A stretch of DNA of 63,001 bases, counting the filler, from Globobulimina sp. (lineage: Eukaryota): the NCBI GenBank assembly GCA_003354225.1. It is 33 parts of 33 records of this genome, joined end to end, with 100 filler letters (N's around TTAATTAATTAA, not from the genome) between each part and the next. Parts side by side here need not be neighbours in the genome. Positions count along the whole stretch, not along the records: positions 36,345 to 38,156 come from PIVH01011654.1; positions 38,257 to 40,068 come from PIVH01011655.1; positions 40,169 to 41,980 come from PIVH01011656.1; positions 42,081 to 43,891 come from PIVH01011657.1; positions 43,992 to 45,802 come from PIVH01011658.1; positions 45,903 to 47,713 come from PIVH01011659.1; 27 more parts are not named here. One strand, 5' to 3'. A model generated the notes under the pieces. The model searched no databases and was not told where the DNA came from. It saw only the letters and a program-made list of their open reading frames with translations. This document shows, in pieces, positions 36,957 through 47,813 of this stretch (positions within the stretch are counted from its first letter, which is position 1; the number at the start of each line of letters is the position of its first letter). Position numbers and translations under genes: made by a program.

Positions 36957-38104
36957 TTAAGTACAACCAATGCAAGCTTTACAACTCTGACAACACAATC
37001 CAGCCATCCACGTCTCATTACATTTGCCCCATCCAGATTGTTCTTGACATGTATATTGATTATCCGGTGCAACATCCGAACACCAACACCGCGCCGATGG
37101 AACATTATTGCCTCGAATATCAACCATTACGCCAGGTTTCCCACTTAACGCTTTCACGCCAACATCAATATTTTTCCATCCATTCGCATCATCAGTATTC
37201 ATGGCCTAACATATAAAAACATTATACTTCAACTGCCCACTACAACTCTACAATTACAAATCTATAAATACATAACATAGTAAACACACCCAGGCCCACG
37301 CACCATTATACCCATTATTATAAAAGTACGCATACTGCGTAGGATATGGAAACTCACTCAATTGATTCTCAAATTCTCCAATCACCAAAGGCACCGCAAA
37401 CCCAAAATCATCCGCTTTCTGCTTGAGCGGAGAATGTGCATCATACTGATTGTTGAAAGCATATGTATGGAGTTGCTGGAAATCTAAAACACCATTTTGT
37501 TTGCCACCCGCATTGACTAAACACTCATTTTTAAAGTAATTAAAATAACCAAATCTATCCGTACCAGCCTGTTCATTCCATATCCCAACAGTCACCAAAG
37601 CTTTGGGGTCAGCTGCATGAATGGCAGAGGTCTGCAAGTTAATGAATTGCTGAATATTAACCATTGGGATAGCACTGCCGGTCCATCCGGCGCCGGTGCC
37701 CTGCAATTTTGATGTGTCAGTACAGTTATTATTGGTGGTTTCGACCTTGACTGAACCGCATGGCTCATTAATGATTTCATATCCACCCAAACCAGGCTGT
37801 CCTGCCAGTCCCTTAACGACCGGAGTCAAAGCCTTGTCAATGAAGGTTTGCAATTTGGCCTTGTCCATCATTAGACCCTTTTCGTTGTCTGGTATTGTGA
37901 CTGCGCCATTCCATAAAGAAAAAAATACGCAGATATTTTGTGCCGCAGCTGCTTCTAAATATAATGTTAAGTCTTTGATCAATGAATTTGCGCCGTCTGT
38001 TGCGATTACGTTACCATTTGAATCATATTCAGGAATAGCATGCCCATCGATGAATAACCATTCTCTGACAGAATTGCCAGAGTTTACACTGAGATTAGCA
38101 AGCG
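36957..38104 (-). CDS. GH5 endo-beta-1,4-mannanase-like enzyme with C-terminal Cys-rich module; intron ~37207-37289
   Basis: GNSVREWLF, SLWNGA, YEIINEP, LVTVG, LDFQQLHTY, LVIGEF, GY.GAWAW; tail CSDVAPDNQYTCQEQSGWGKC...CCQSC. Confidence 0.88.
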
Positions 38105-38256
38105 TATAATTTAAGTTGCAAAAAATCTTTTGTATGTGTATTATATTTATAATATANNNNNNNNNNNNNNNNNNNNNNNNNNNNNNNNNNNNNNNNNNNN
38201 TTAATTAATTAANNNNNNNNNNNNNNNNNNNNNNNNNNNNNNNNNNNNNNNNNNNN

Positions 38257-39123
38257 ACAGCGTTAAATTCGTTTTTAGCAACACAGTGTCAAACCGTTTT
38301 TGAGGAGAAGGATATGATACAAATATACGAATTGAATGGTTTTTTTACAATGAAAATGCATATAAAACTGTGGGAGATGTTATTTAATGTGGTGATTGAT
38401 AGAATAATTGGGCATTGCAAGAAAATATTGGATGTTAAGTCTGGCATTTTGGGTAAATGCCAGTTTATATTCATTGTGGGTGGTTTCGCGAATTCCGTTT
38501 ATTTGCAACAGAGAATGAAAGCCGCATTTGCTGACTTGCATTATTTGAGAGTTGTTGTTCCTCAATGCCCACAGTTATCCATTGTTGATGGTGCTGCATT
38601 ATTTGGATTGAAATCCGGTTTTGAAATAGTGAGAAGTACAAAGAAAATCGAGTTTGACAATAAATCAAAACCACAAATTAAGATTGTACAGGATGCAGAA
38701 TGGGGGAAACAAACAGCAAAAGCATTACAAATATATGTAGCATCAAATAATTACAACATAACTGATGATGGTGATTTTGGTAAACAATCAACGAAAGCCA
38801 CTGTTGATGGTTTATGCGGACCAAATACCACCAAAGATTTGCAATTATTTAAAAGCAGTGACAATGTAAATGTTGATGGCAAGAAAGGAGCTCAGACATT
38901 TCGTTCATTGCAAAAAATTTTAAATGAATATAAGACGACAGAAAATAGCATAAAAAATACGGAACCTATGGACGAAATGGTGATATCTGAGATTGATGAT
39001 ATTTTAAATCAATTAGTGACATTCCAACCAACCGAGTCGCAGTATAACTCATTGAATAATGAATTATTTCCAAACGAACAGATAACTCCAGATATAAATG
39101 ACAAACAACAGATAGACAGTTAA
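38257..39123 (+). CDS. HSPA12-like Hsp70 C-terminal part fused to peptidoglycan-binding-like repeats
   Basis: FIVGGFANSVYLQ..., P..P.LSIVDGAALFG; then WGKQTAKALQ, DGDFGKQSTKA, DGLCGPNTTKDLQ, DGKKGAQTFRSLQ. Confidence 0.7.
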   Translation, partial: TALNSFLATQCQTVFEEKDMIQIYELNGFFTMKMHIKLWEMLFNVVIDRIIGHCKKILDVKSGILGKCQFIFIVGGFANSVYLQQRMKAAFADLHYLRVVVPQCPQLSIVDGAALFGLKSGFEIVRSTKKIEFDNKSKPQIKIVQDAEWGKQTAKALQIYVASNNYNITDDGDFGKQSTKATVDGLCGPNTTKDLQLFKSSDNVNVDGKKGAQTFRSLQKILNEYKTTENSIKNTEPMDEMVISEIDDILNQLVTFQPTESQYNSLNNELFPNEQITPDINDKQQIDS

Positions 39124-39890
39124 GTACAGTACTTACACATAACAATATTTGTATATATTATGGACAATGTACAGATAATGCCATTGGTTGCATGTATTCA
39201 ACTCGCGGGAATAGGTCCAGTTCCTCACCTTCTTCATCCAAAGAATCTGCTGATAACAGCTGTAATAGTCCAAATAGTTCAGATGGCCATGGTGGTAATG
39301 ACCAGAATAACGCTCAACAACGAAACAATGGCAATAATGGAGGTGGTGGCAGACGAAATAACCACAACAACAACAACGGGAAAGACAACAATAATCAGAC
39401 TGATAAAAACAAGAAAAATAAACGTAAAAAAAAGAAGAAAAAAAGAAAAGGCAAAGATGAACAAGATGTGACTGATGATGTTGAGTCTAAACAGAAAGTA
39501 AAACAATTTCAACATAGATCCGCGTGTCTCAGCCCAATCCATTGTTCGTTAATTGTCTTCAAATGGAGATAACAACGCAATTAATTCAAAATGAAACCAG
39601 ACGATTACTGACTCGCCAACAACATTTGAATTCCAACAGACAGCATTTGAACAGACAAAGTTCTCCATTGCTTCATCAAAATCCGATATTAATACAACCG
39701 GCATTCAACAATATATGTTCGCCATTTGTTGCAGCAAATATTATCGAATCAAAATATTATCGAAATCGATGTCGTCATTAAGTAAAAAGAAAAGAAAAAA
39801 AACAAAGGCAAAGAAATCATACACGTATTCACCAGACACTGCAGTAAGAATTCGATGGAATGTGTATCTGTCAAAAAATATGACTGAAGT

Positions 39891-40068
39891 GATCATACCG
39901 TCGCGGATCAGGGAGAAGTACACGATGCCGCTGCCGCGCTCCGCGTCGGCGCAGTGAGAGATCGCTTCCAGCCGATCGCCGTCGTCCCAGATCGTCTTCG
40001 CGCCGGTCCTGAGATTCGGTCGGTCGATCGGAGCGGCGAAGAGCGGCATCATCGCCTCGTCCAGCCCG
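39891..40068 (-). other. GC-rich bacterial fragment, RecQ-like helicase
   Basis: Abrupt GC shift at GATC 39891; translates F..PIDRPNL...GSGIVYFSLIR. Confidence 0.7.
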
Positions 40069-40405
40069 NNNNNNNNNNNNNNNNNNNNNNNNNNNNNNNN
40101 NNNNNNNNNNNNTTAATTAATTAANNNNNNNNNNNNNNNNNNNNNNNNNNNNNNNNNNNNNNNNNNNNGTATCAGGTATGTTGTTTACTTCAAGTAGAGA
40201 TCCATATTTTGCAGCTTTTTCAGACCCGGTAGACAATAAAAAAGCAGGTTGGTGTATTTTGCGGCTCGTATATATTTTGTGAAAAAAAGTAGAAAGAATA
40301 ATAACCAAAACACGAAAAAAAATATAATAGCTAAAAAAACGGAAAAAAAAATATGGTGATAAAAAAAATAAAACAATAAATTACAGAAATAACACAATTC
40401 GATCA

Positions 40406-41608
40406 TTATTTCTTTGCATTTGCGACTAAATTCCGAAATGGTTGATATGTGGCTGCATTTGGATTCATTTTAACATTGCCATTATTACCATTTCTTTGTC
40501 CGCAACATTCAACTTTAAGCACTGTAAGATGATTTTTTGCAAATTCAAGTGTTACATTGTCATCACATTTATACACAAATGTTGCATATTTAAGACTTGA
40601 ACTTCCCCTAATTTCAAATCTCTTTCTTTGTTTTGCAACACACGCTAAATTCCGCACAATTCCATAATCATAGCTGCCGATATATGGTGATATGGTGATT
40701 TCAGGTCGGCCAAACGATGAATGTACCACATCCATTGGCGTATTTAAAGCCGCATTACACAGAATCGTAAATCCATTAAAATATATTTGCCGCAATATCT
40801 CCGTTACATCATTTATTTGGCCATTTTTCTGTGCATAATCTATAAACAATAACAATTGTTTAGGATTAAGCATTGAGCCGATTGAATAATTATTGTTTAA
40901 TCGTTTTGTAATTTCTTGTAAATGATGTACTACGTAAACAGTGCCATTTACTTTACATTTATCTTCATCGCAGATATCATTCATTGCCTCCAAAACGGAA
41001 ATATTATATTTCCGATGATAGCCAAGTAAATATCCATTCATTTCTTTGGTAACACTTGCAATTCGACTGTAAATATCAATACTTTCTGCGGCCGAGACAT
41101 ATCCATTGACGCCGCGCACGAAACCAATGGAATTTGTTAATTCCTCCATCCATTTATTGCTATTAATTATATTAATTCCTTCATCCACAATTTGTTCATT
41201 CAAGTCAATGCCAAATATTTTTAATGTCACTTTTAAGGCTAATTTTTCAAATAACATTTTAAATGCAGTGAGTGTGGAAATAGTTTCTTTTTGATTTATT
41301 ATTTCATTGAAGAGTTTGAATAAATAAAAATTAACGTTTCTTTCCGGTCTGGTTTTGGTAGCAAATTTTTGTGGTTGTTGCTGTGTATTTTGTTGTTTGT
41401 AATCATTGCGTGGATAATTGATAGAGGACTCTGTGGTGGAACTGCTATTATTATTCATATTCATATTGCTATTACAATAACTCTGATACCGGTAGTTGTA
41501 ATTGACGGAGTTGTTTACAGCCTGAGGCGTGTAATAATTTATTATCAGGTTTGTAGGGTTGCCACCATTGTTGTGATAAATATGTGCAGTGTTCGTAGAG
41601 TCTTCCAT
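40406..41608 (-). CDS. Hypothetical protein with N/Q-rich N-terminus and PAM2-like tail
   Basis: 400-codon complete ORF; C-terminal KMNPNAATYQP resembles PAM2 LNPNAxxFxP. Confidence 0.55.
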   Translation of the reverse strand: MEDSTNTAHIYHNNGGNPTNLIINYYTPQAVNNSVNYNYRYQSYCNSNMNMNNNSSSTTESSINYPRNDYKQQNTQQQPQKFATKTRPERNVNFYLFKLFNEIINQKETISTLTAFKMLFEKLALKVTLKIFGIDLNEQIVDEGINIINSNKWMEELTNSIGFVRGVNGYVSAAESIDIYSRIASVTKEMNGYLLGYHRKYNISVLEAMNDICDEDKCKVNGTVYVVHHLQEITKRLNNNYSIGSMLNPKQLLLFIDYAQKNGQINDVTEILRQIYFNGFTILCNAALNTPMDVVHSSFGRPEITISPYIGSYDYGIVRNLACVAKQRKRFEIRGSSSLKYATFVYKCDDNVTLEFAKNHLTVLKVECCGQRNGNNGNVKMNPNAATYQPFRNLVANAKK

Positions 41609-42211
41609 GATCGAATGGATATAATATAAAATGAATAAAATGTAAGGGAATAGTTTGTAGCTGTTTACGAAGCTATTAGCGAGTCACTCTGCAATGAAAC
41701 AAATAAATAAATAAATACAGCAACGGTGTTTCAGTCAAACTTTGAGATTACGCAAAACATCGCTCAGAGCTATTTTATAATGGAAATCTTTGTTCCTATT
41801 CCTTTTCATCAAATGAATATATTCTGCGGAATACCAATGGCAAATCATCTTCAATATATCATCTGATGGATACAATACATTTTTCCATTCTATATCGCGG
41901 AAACACATTTTAACAAAACCAAACACAACCTGTTGTTCCTTCGTTTTATTGTTCATAATCACCGCATAACATGGCCCTTTNNNNNNNNNNNNNNNNNNNN
42001 NNNNNNNNNNNNNNNNNNNNNNNNTTAATTAATTAANNNNNNNNNNNNNNNNNNNNNNNNNNNNNNNNNNNNNNNNNNNNTCATAAAAGAATACATAGCG
42101 GAGAGAGGCCATTCAAATGCAAACATTGTGACAAAGCATACACACGACATAGTCATAGAAACAACCATCAAAAAAAATGCAAATTCAAAGCAAAAACTTT
42201 ACCTCAATCTA

Positions 42212-43444
42212 ATGGCTGTTAAAACATGGACATCTTATTTGACTTGTTTGACACAAATAGCTTTTGGATCGACTCGTAATAAAATTATAACTTCGATTGT
42301 TTCAACTACCATATTGCTGACATGTGTGGTAAAACTAATAAAATGTGCAGGCACTCGAGAACATCGAGCAAAAAAGAAATACGAATCACAAAAAAGAACA
42401 CCATTCGTTAATAAACTACCCAAAGGACCTAATTTAAGAGCACCTGAGCCAGGGACCACAATGATAAATGATTTCCGTGCAAATAAAATTAATAAAAACC
42501 AAAAATTCGTTGACATTAAAACCGATCAAATCCGTATAATAACATGGAACATAGAACGAGGATACCAAACAAATGAAGTTATCAATGAATTGAAAAAAGT
42601 AAATGCGGATATTATATTATTGCAAGAAGTGGATATAGGCACTCAACGTACCAATTTTTTGGATGTTGGTAATGAGATCGCCAATGCTTTATCATATCAA
42701 ATTATTTACGGCGCAGATTGTTGGCACGTAAATGTTTGTCATGAAAACGATTCAAATCGGAAAAACCAAAATATTTTATATAATGCTCAACCGTTAACCG
42801 CATAATGCCATGATAATGGATGTGAAGGCAATGCGATATTAACGAGATTCGATATCATTGAGCAATATCCATTGATACTTCCCTGTGTTCGGAATAGTTA
42901 TCGTCCCTCACATTATATGATGAAGAGGCATACGGCAGTTGTGGCTGTAATGGATGTACCAAATATTGGTGAAATTGTGTGCTATTCGTTACATTTTGAT
43001 GCTTTTTCAGGGCGAGTTGCAAGGTCATCCATTCAGTATAACACAATATACCAAGATATTGTTCTGAAGCATGCAGAAACACAAAGGGCAGTGGTAGTTG
43101 GTGGTGATTTTAATACGCATAACCATGGAATTGTAAGGTTTATCAATGAAATGAGTGGTGATGATGCGTTGAGATATAAATTTTGGGGAATGAGTGAGGC
43201 TGAATGGTGGGATCAGTATGTGATTGGTATTGAGGATGATGGAAATATAGAGTTAACAGATCCATTTGATAAAAATAAAGATATTACAGCTTGTAAAATA
43301 TGGAATGGTATCTCTGTATGGAGCGGGAAAATTGATTGGTTGTTGTATGATATTGAGAAATTGACGGTTGTTAATAAATATGTGTCCAATACGGATGCAA
43401 GCGACCATCAATATTTATTTTGTGATATTAAAGCAAAAAGGTAA
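42212..43444 (+). CDS. Endonuclease/exonuclease/phosphatase (EEP) family protein with in-frame TAA at 42803-42805
   Basis: TWNIERG, LLQEVD, GNAILTR, SLHF, GGDFNT, KIDW, SDH all in one frame. Confidence 0.85.
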
Positions 43445-43622
43445 TTTTAACCAACATTTGATTTCCACAGCACCCAAAATAAAGCTAGAGTTGGCGATCG
43501 ATATCGTTTTACTGAAAAATTAACTTTGTTGGCTTAGTTTCTTTTGATAGTTGGAGTGGTTTTCAACTTAAGTAAAAAACGTCGAAACTCAAATAGTTTT
43601 ATATTAAAGTTGGTCTGGTGTA

Positions 43623-43891
43623 TTGTTGTTGTCATATATAAATAAAGTGAGTGAGTGGCTCAAGAAAACAGTTTTAAAACCACAATATTTAACAAATTTC
43701 ATTTCGGCCGGATTTGATACAATGGCTGGTATCGAAGAGATGGATGGAACGGATTTGAGAGAGAGAGGAATTGAATTACAGACAGAAACAGATGAAAAAG
43801 ACGATAGACCGCGGTGTCTGAGTAAGAATGCCGGCGTTATATGCATTGCAATCTGCAAATACGATAAGAAGACCACACTCCATTCCCTCCC
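43623..43891 (+). CDS. SAM-domain protein start, possibly followed by a caspase-like domain
   Basis: V.EWL..V....QY..NF...GFD; then NA.VICIAI.KY. Confidence 0.5.
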
Positions 43892-43991
43892 NNNNNNNNN
43901 NNNNNNNNNNNNNNNNNNNNNNNNNNNNNNNNNNNTTAATTAATTAANNNNNNNNNNNNNNNNNNNNNNNNNNNNNNNNNNNNNNNNNNNN

Positions 43992-44425
43992 CTGTATACG
44001 AACAAGAACAATTGGAAAGAAAAAAAGCAGAAGCTCGTTTAATATTTGGTGAAAAATGTAATGTACTTATTGATAACTTTAAGAATTGTTTAACAACTCA
44101 ACCAGGATTAATTGGTATAATTCCATTCTGTCCTGGTGAAGAGCAAATGTCAAATGCATTTGATTTTTGGTTACAACAAAACTGTGTGGAAATAAAGAAA
44201 AGAGTGAGAGATATTTCCACATTTATGGCACAAATTACTACAGTGAAACAAGACAGATTGGAATGGTTTGATTTTGTTCATATGTGGAAATTACGAAGAA
44301 TCTTTCATAATGATGATTTTGTAACAGTGTGGAAATGGATAGTTGAAGAATTAATTGTAGATGAAAAAAGTGATAAAGTTGAGGTTGATGATGATGATGA
44401 TGATGATGACTTAGTAATTTTATAA
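43992..44425 (+). CDS. Hypothetical protein 3' end with poly-Asp tail
   Basis: Open frame from contig edge. Confidence 0.45.
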
Positions 44426-44501
44426 TAATTGTATCTTTGTTTGTAGTAATATAATAATATAATATTTTGTAGCGAAAACATTTCTAAAATGTTATAAATC
44501 T

Positions 44502-44637
44502 CCGTAATATTATATTTATAGTGCACTTGGATTGTGGATTGTGTATTATTCTTTATATTTTTATGTTTTTATATGTGGAAAATGCTATTATATTGCTACA
44601 ATCCAGAATCTAAGTGTTCTATAGAATAATATTAGGG
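44502..44637. repeat. Hairpin element copy 1 (~40-bp imperfect TIRs)
   Basis: CCGTAATATTA..TATAG..CACTTGGATTGTGGATTGT / ACAATCCAGAATCTAAGTGTTCTATAGAATAATATTAGGG. Confidence 0.8.
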
Positions 44638-44883
44638 TAATCAAAAAATTATGAAAAACTAATTTGGGAATTATGCATACTCAAATATAGAGAATTATGA
44701 TAATCATTACATAAAAATAATCAATTATAAGGTAAACATTCACCACACATTTATCAATCTATTGTTTGATAGTAATAATTTTTAAGCAGCGAAAAAAGTC
44801 AAGGTTTTTTACAAAAATACAATATACATCAAAAGTTTAGTACTCTATGTTATGTTTCAAAAGAAAGTAAAATATATGATAAA

Positions 44884-44912
44884 GATAAATATCCTCTAAG
44901 AGGATATTTATC
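44884..44912. repeat. Perfect 29-bp palindrome
   Basis: GATAAATATCCTCT-A-AGAGGATATTTATC. Confidence 0.9.
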
Positions 44913-44959
44913 ATCGTTTGACTTTAAACTTTGTAACATCAACTTTTATCATATATTCT

Positions 44960-45102
44960 CTCTAATATTATGTTTTAGTACACCTGGATTGTGGATTGTA
45001 GGTGTTTGTGTGGTAGTAAGCGATGATAAACCATTACAAACATTTACACTTTACAGTTGTGCACAATCTACAATCTAAATGCAATAAAAACTAATATTAG
45101 AG
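44960..45102. repeat. Hairpin element copy 2 (same TIR family as 44502-44637)
   Basis: CTCTAATATTA..CACCTGGATTGTGGATTGT / ACAATCTACAATCTAAATGC..TAATATTAGAG. Confidence 0.8.
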
Positions 45103-45195
45103 TATGAAGTTTATCAAAAGTTTAAAACTTTTTCATGAATTTATCAAATAAAAGTTGATAATTTAAATATTTATGGTTATTAATACTTTTCCAAC

Positions 45196-45802
45196 ATGAT
45201 TTGTACATTTAATACTCATTATTTATATTCTACACTTTTTTTGTGTACAGTGAATAACAAATTAATGTTTGACATGTTATTTGGTGATTCAGAAAAAGAT
45301 AATGTAACTGAAATTAAACCAAAAGTGGGATCGGGTAATACTAAATCTGGATTGCCACGCAAAAGATGGAAAAAGCATTTCCATTTTGAACAGGATTTAT
45401 TACAATTAAAATATGTAGATAACAAATTTGCAGGATATTCCAAGGTGCAAATAAATCATTTTTTTAAAAAAATTAAAAATGATTTGATACAACCAAAAGA
45501 AACTGAGATTCATGCAAAAAATAAATTATTAATGTGGTTAGACAGATTACATAATGAATTAACGTGGACACAAATTAAAGAGAATTATCACATAAGTCCA
45601 AGCAGTTCTATTAAATATGTTCAACAACTTTTATATTCTATTATAATAACCTTCAAAGGGACAGATATCATTAGTTTTCCAACAAAAGAAGAAAGACAAC
45701 AAATGAAAGAAATATTAAAGAGAAAGAATGTGTCCATGCCTGATGCGTTATTTACTATGGATGGTAAACATTCTAGATGTTTAGGAAAACATATTAAAGA
45801 CA
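45196..45802 (+). mobile_element. PIF/Harbinger-like transposase, N-terminal part
   Basis: KLLMWL..L......I...Y.IS.SS...YV (HTH), I.FPT, LFTMDGKH (first catalytic D). Confidence 0.75.
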
Positions 45803-45902
45803 NNNNNNNNNNNNNNNNNNNNNNNNNNNNNNNNNNNNNNNNNNNNTTAATTAATTAANNNNNNNNNNNNNNNNNNNNNNNNNNNNNNNNNNNNNNNNNN
45901 NN

Positions 45903-47411
45903 CTGCTGATTCATAAACTGCTGTTGTGACCTTCTCATATTTTGTTGCTGCTGCTGCTGTTGTTGCATTAATCGGTGTCTATCCCTCAACTGTTGCTGTT
46001 GCATAATATTAATTTGCAGTTGTTGCTGTTGCTGTTGTTGATATGGATCATATGTTCCGTGTCCTTGTCGCTGATATGGTCCTCCTCGTAAACTATGCGG
46101 TGTATGTATAATAGTGACAGCACCGTTATTATTAATCATCTGTGCACCATTACGATTATGAAAATCATTAACTTTCCTCCTATGCACATTGGCAGCACCA
46201 GCTCCCATTCGATTTCCCCGAGCAACCCCGCCCTTCCCCACCTTACTCAGCTCCCATTCAATATATCGCAACAAATCCGCATAACTCGGTCTTTTCCGAG
46301 GCCGATCATCAATGCACTTCTGTAGCCATTGCAAAGTCACATACTTGGGATTCCAGTTCGAATTCTTCCAATCACCGACGCCACGCTGTGGCAATGACTT
46401 CCAATAAACATTGCCATCCTTATCCGTAGCCTTCATCTGTCCATACAATACATACACAAACGTAGCACCAAACTGATACACATTTGCCTTTTCAACATCA
46501 AATGATTTATACTCATCATCAGCTCCTTTGCTATTAACCTCTGGCGGTTTGAATGCATTCTTCATCGGTTTCTGTACATAACTGAATTGTTGGGCCCATT
46601 TCAGCATACTCTCATGATCAATTTTAATACATTTGGCCTGTTTGGAGTCTGTAATTTCATCCCAACGAATGCTGTCATTGTCTGCTGCATCATCCATCGA
46701 AGTGGTAATGATAAAATTGTCCGGCGAGATGTCCATATCACAGTAACCGTTGCCGTCATCTTTCATCACAATGGCGATGTTGACGACCTCTTTGAATTTC
46801 TTCAATAACCGCCATTTGTACCCATCCGCATGGGCAGCTTTCATTGGATGTGTTGTGTGATATAACGGGTTGATATAACCCTGTCGTAAGGCTTTGAGTG
46901 TAATGTCTTGGAAGTTGCAATGTTTAATGAAGGGATAAATGACTACTTCATACGTATGGGTATCTAACGGCGTTTTCTGTGGTTTGAAGGCCGGTAATAA
47001 TAAATATGGCGCAAATTTGCATTTTAGTGTTTTGTTTGTGAATAGTTTTTTGGAGATTTTGGTGGGAGACAGTTGCGAGTCTTCGAATATTTTCACAAAA
47101 TAGTGGACGCCTTCGGTGGTGGTCATTTTGTAGCAAAATGTTTTTTTGGCTAAATTCGTGGGACCGATGGTGTGTAGTTTGGCGTTGGTTACGTTGGATA
47201 ATACCAATATATCACCTGCTTTATGGACGCGTTTTTTTATGGTTTTTTCATCGTGTACGGATAACTTCTCGTCGTCGTTGTGGTTTGTTAAGGAGGTGAA
47301 TGTATTTTTGATTAATAATTCATGTGATTTTGGGATTAGTTTTGTGGGCTCATTGTTTGTTTCTTGCCCTTCTGGTGCAGAATTGGTTGAAATTGAGTCG
47401 TTATCTGCCAT
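45903..47411 (-). CDS. Divergent protein kinase-like protein with polyQ tail
   Basis: YFVKIF, DMDISPDNFII, KIDHE, PPE, VYQFG, P.KRPS. Confidence 0.75.
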
Positions 47412-47475
47412 GCAATAAAGGTAAAAAAAACGTTAGTTACTTTTGCAACTCTTTCGCCATTTTTCTTGCCTAAAA

Positions 47476-47713
47476 ATGGCGTCGCTTTTCAAAAACATAA
47501 CTTTTGTAATATTTCTATTAATATTATTGGTAATGTGTTTGTTCATTGCAATATTGTCATATTACCATAGCTACACAAGCGAATATAATGCAATATTCCC
47601 AATTGCAGAGACAAGCAATTCCATGGAATACCGAACAAATAGATTACATTTATACCAATACAAGTACCCGTTTCCTTTTTATATTTTTTTAATTGGGTTC
47701 AACAAATGTGGCA
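47476..47713 (+). CDS. Type II membrane sulfotransferase-like protein start
   Basis: N-terminal TM helix then IFLIGFNKCG (PAPS-binding loop pattern). Confidence 0.55.
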
Positions 47714-47813
47714 NNNNNNNNNNNNNNNNNNNNNNNNNNNNNNNNNNNNNNNNNNNNTTAATTAATTAANNNNNNNNNNNNNNNNNNNNNNNNNNNNNNN
47801 NNNNNNNNNNNNN

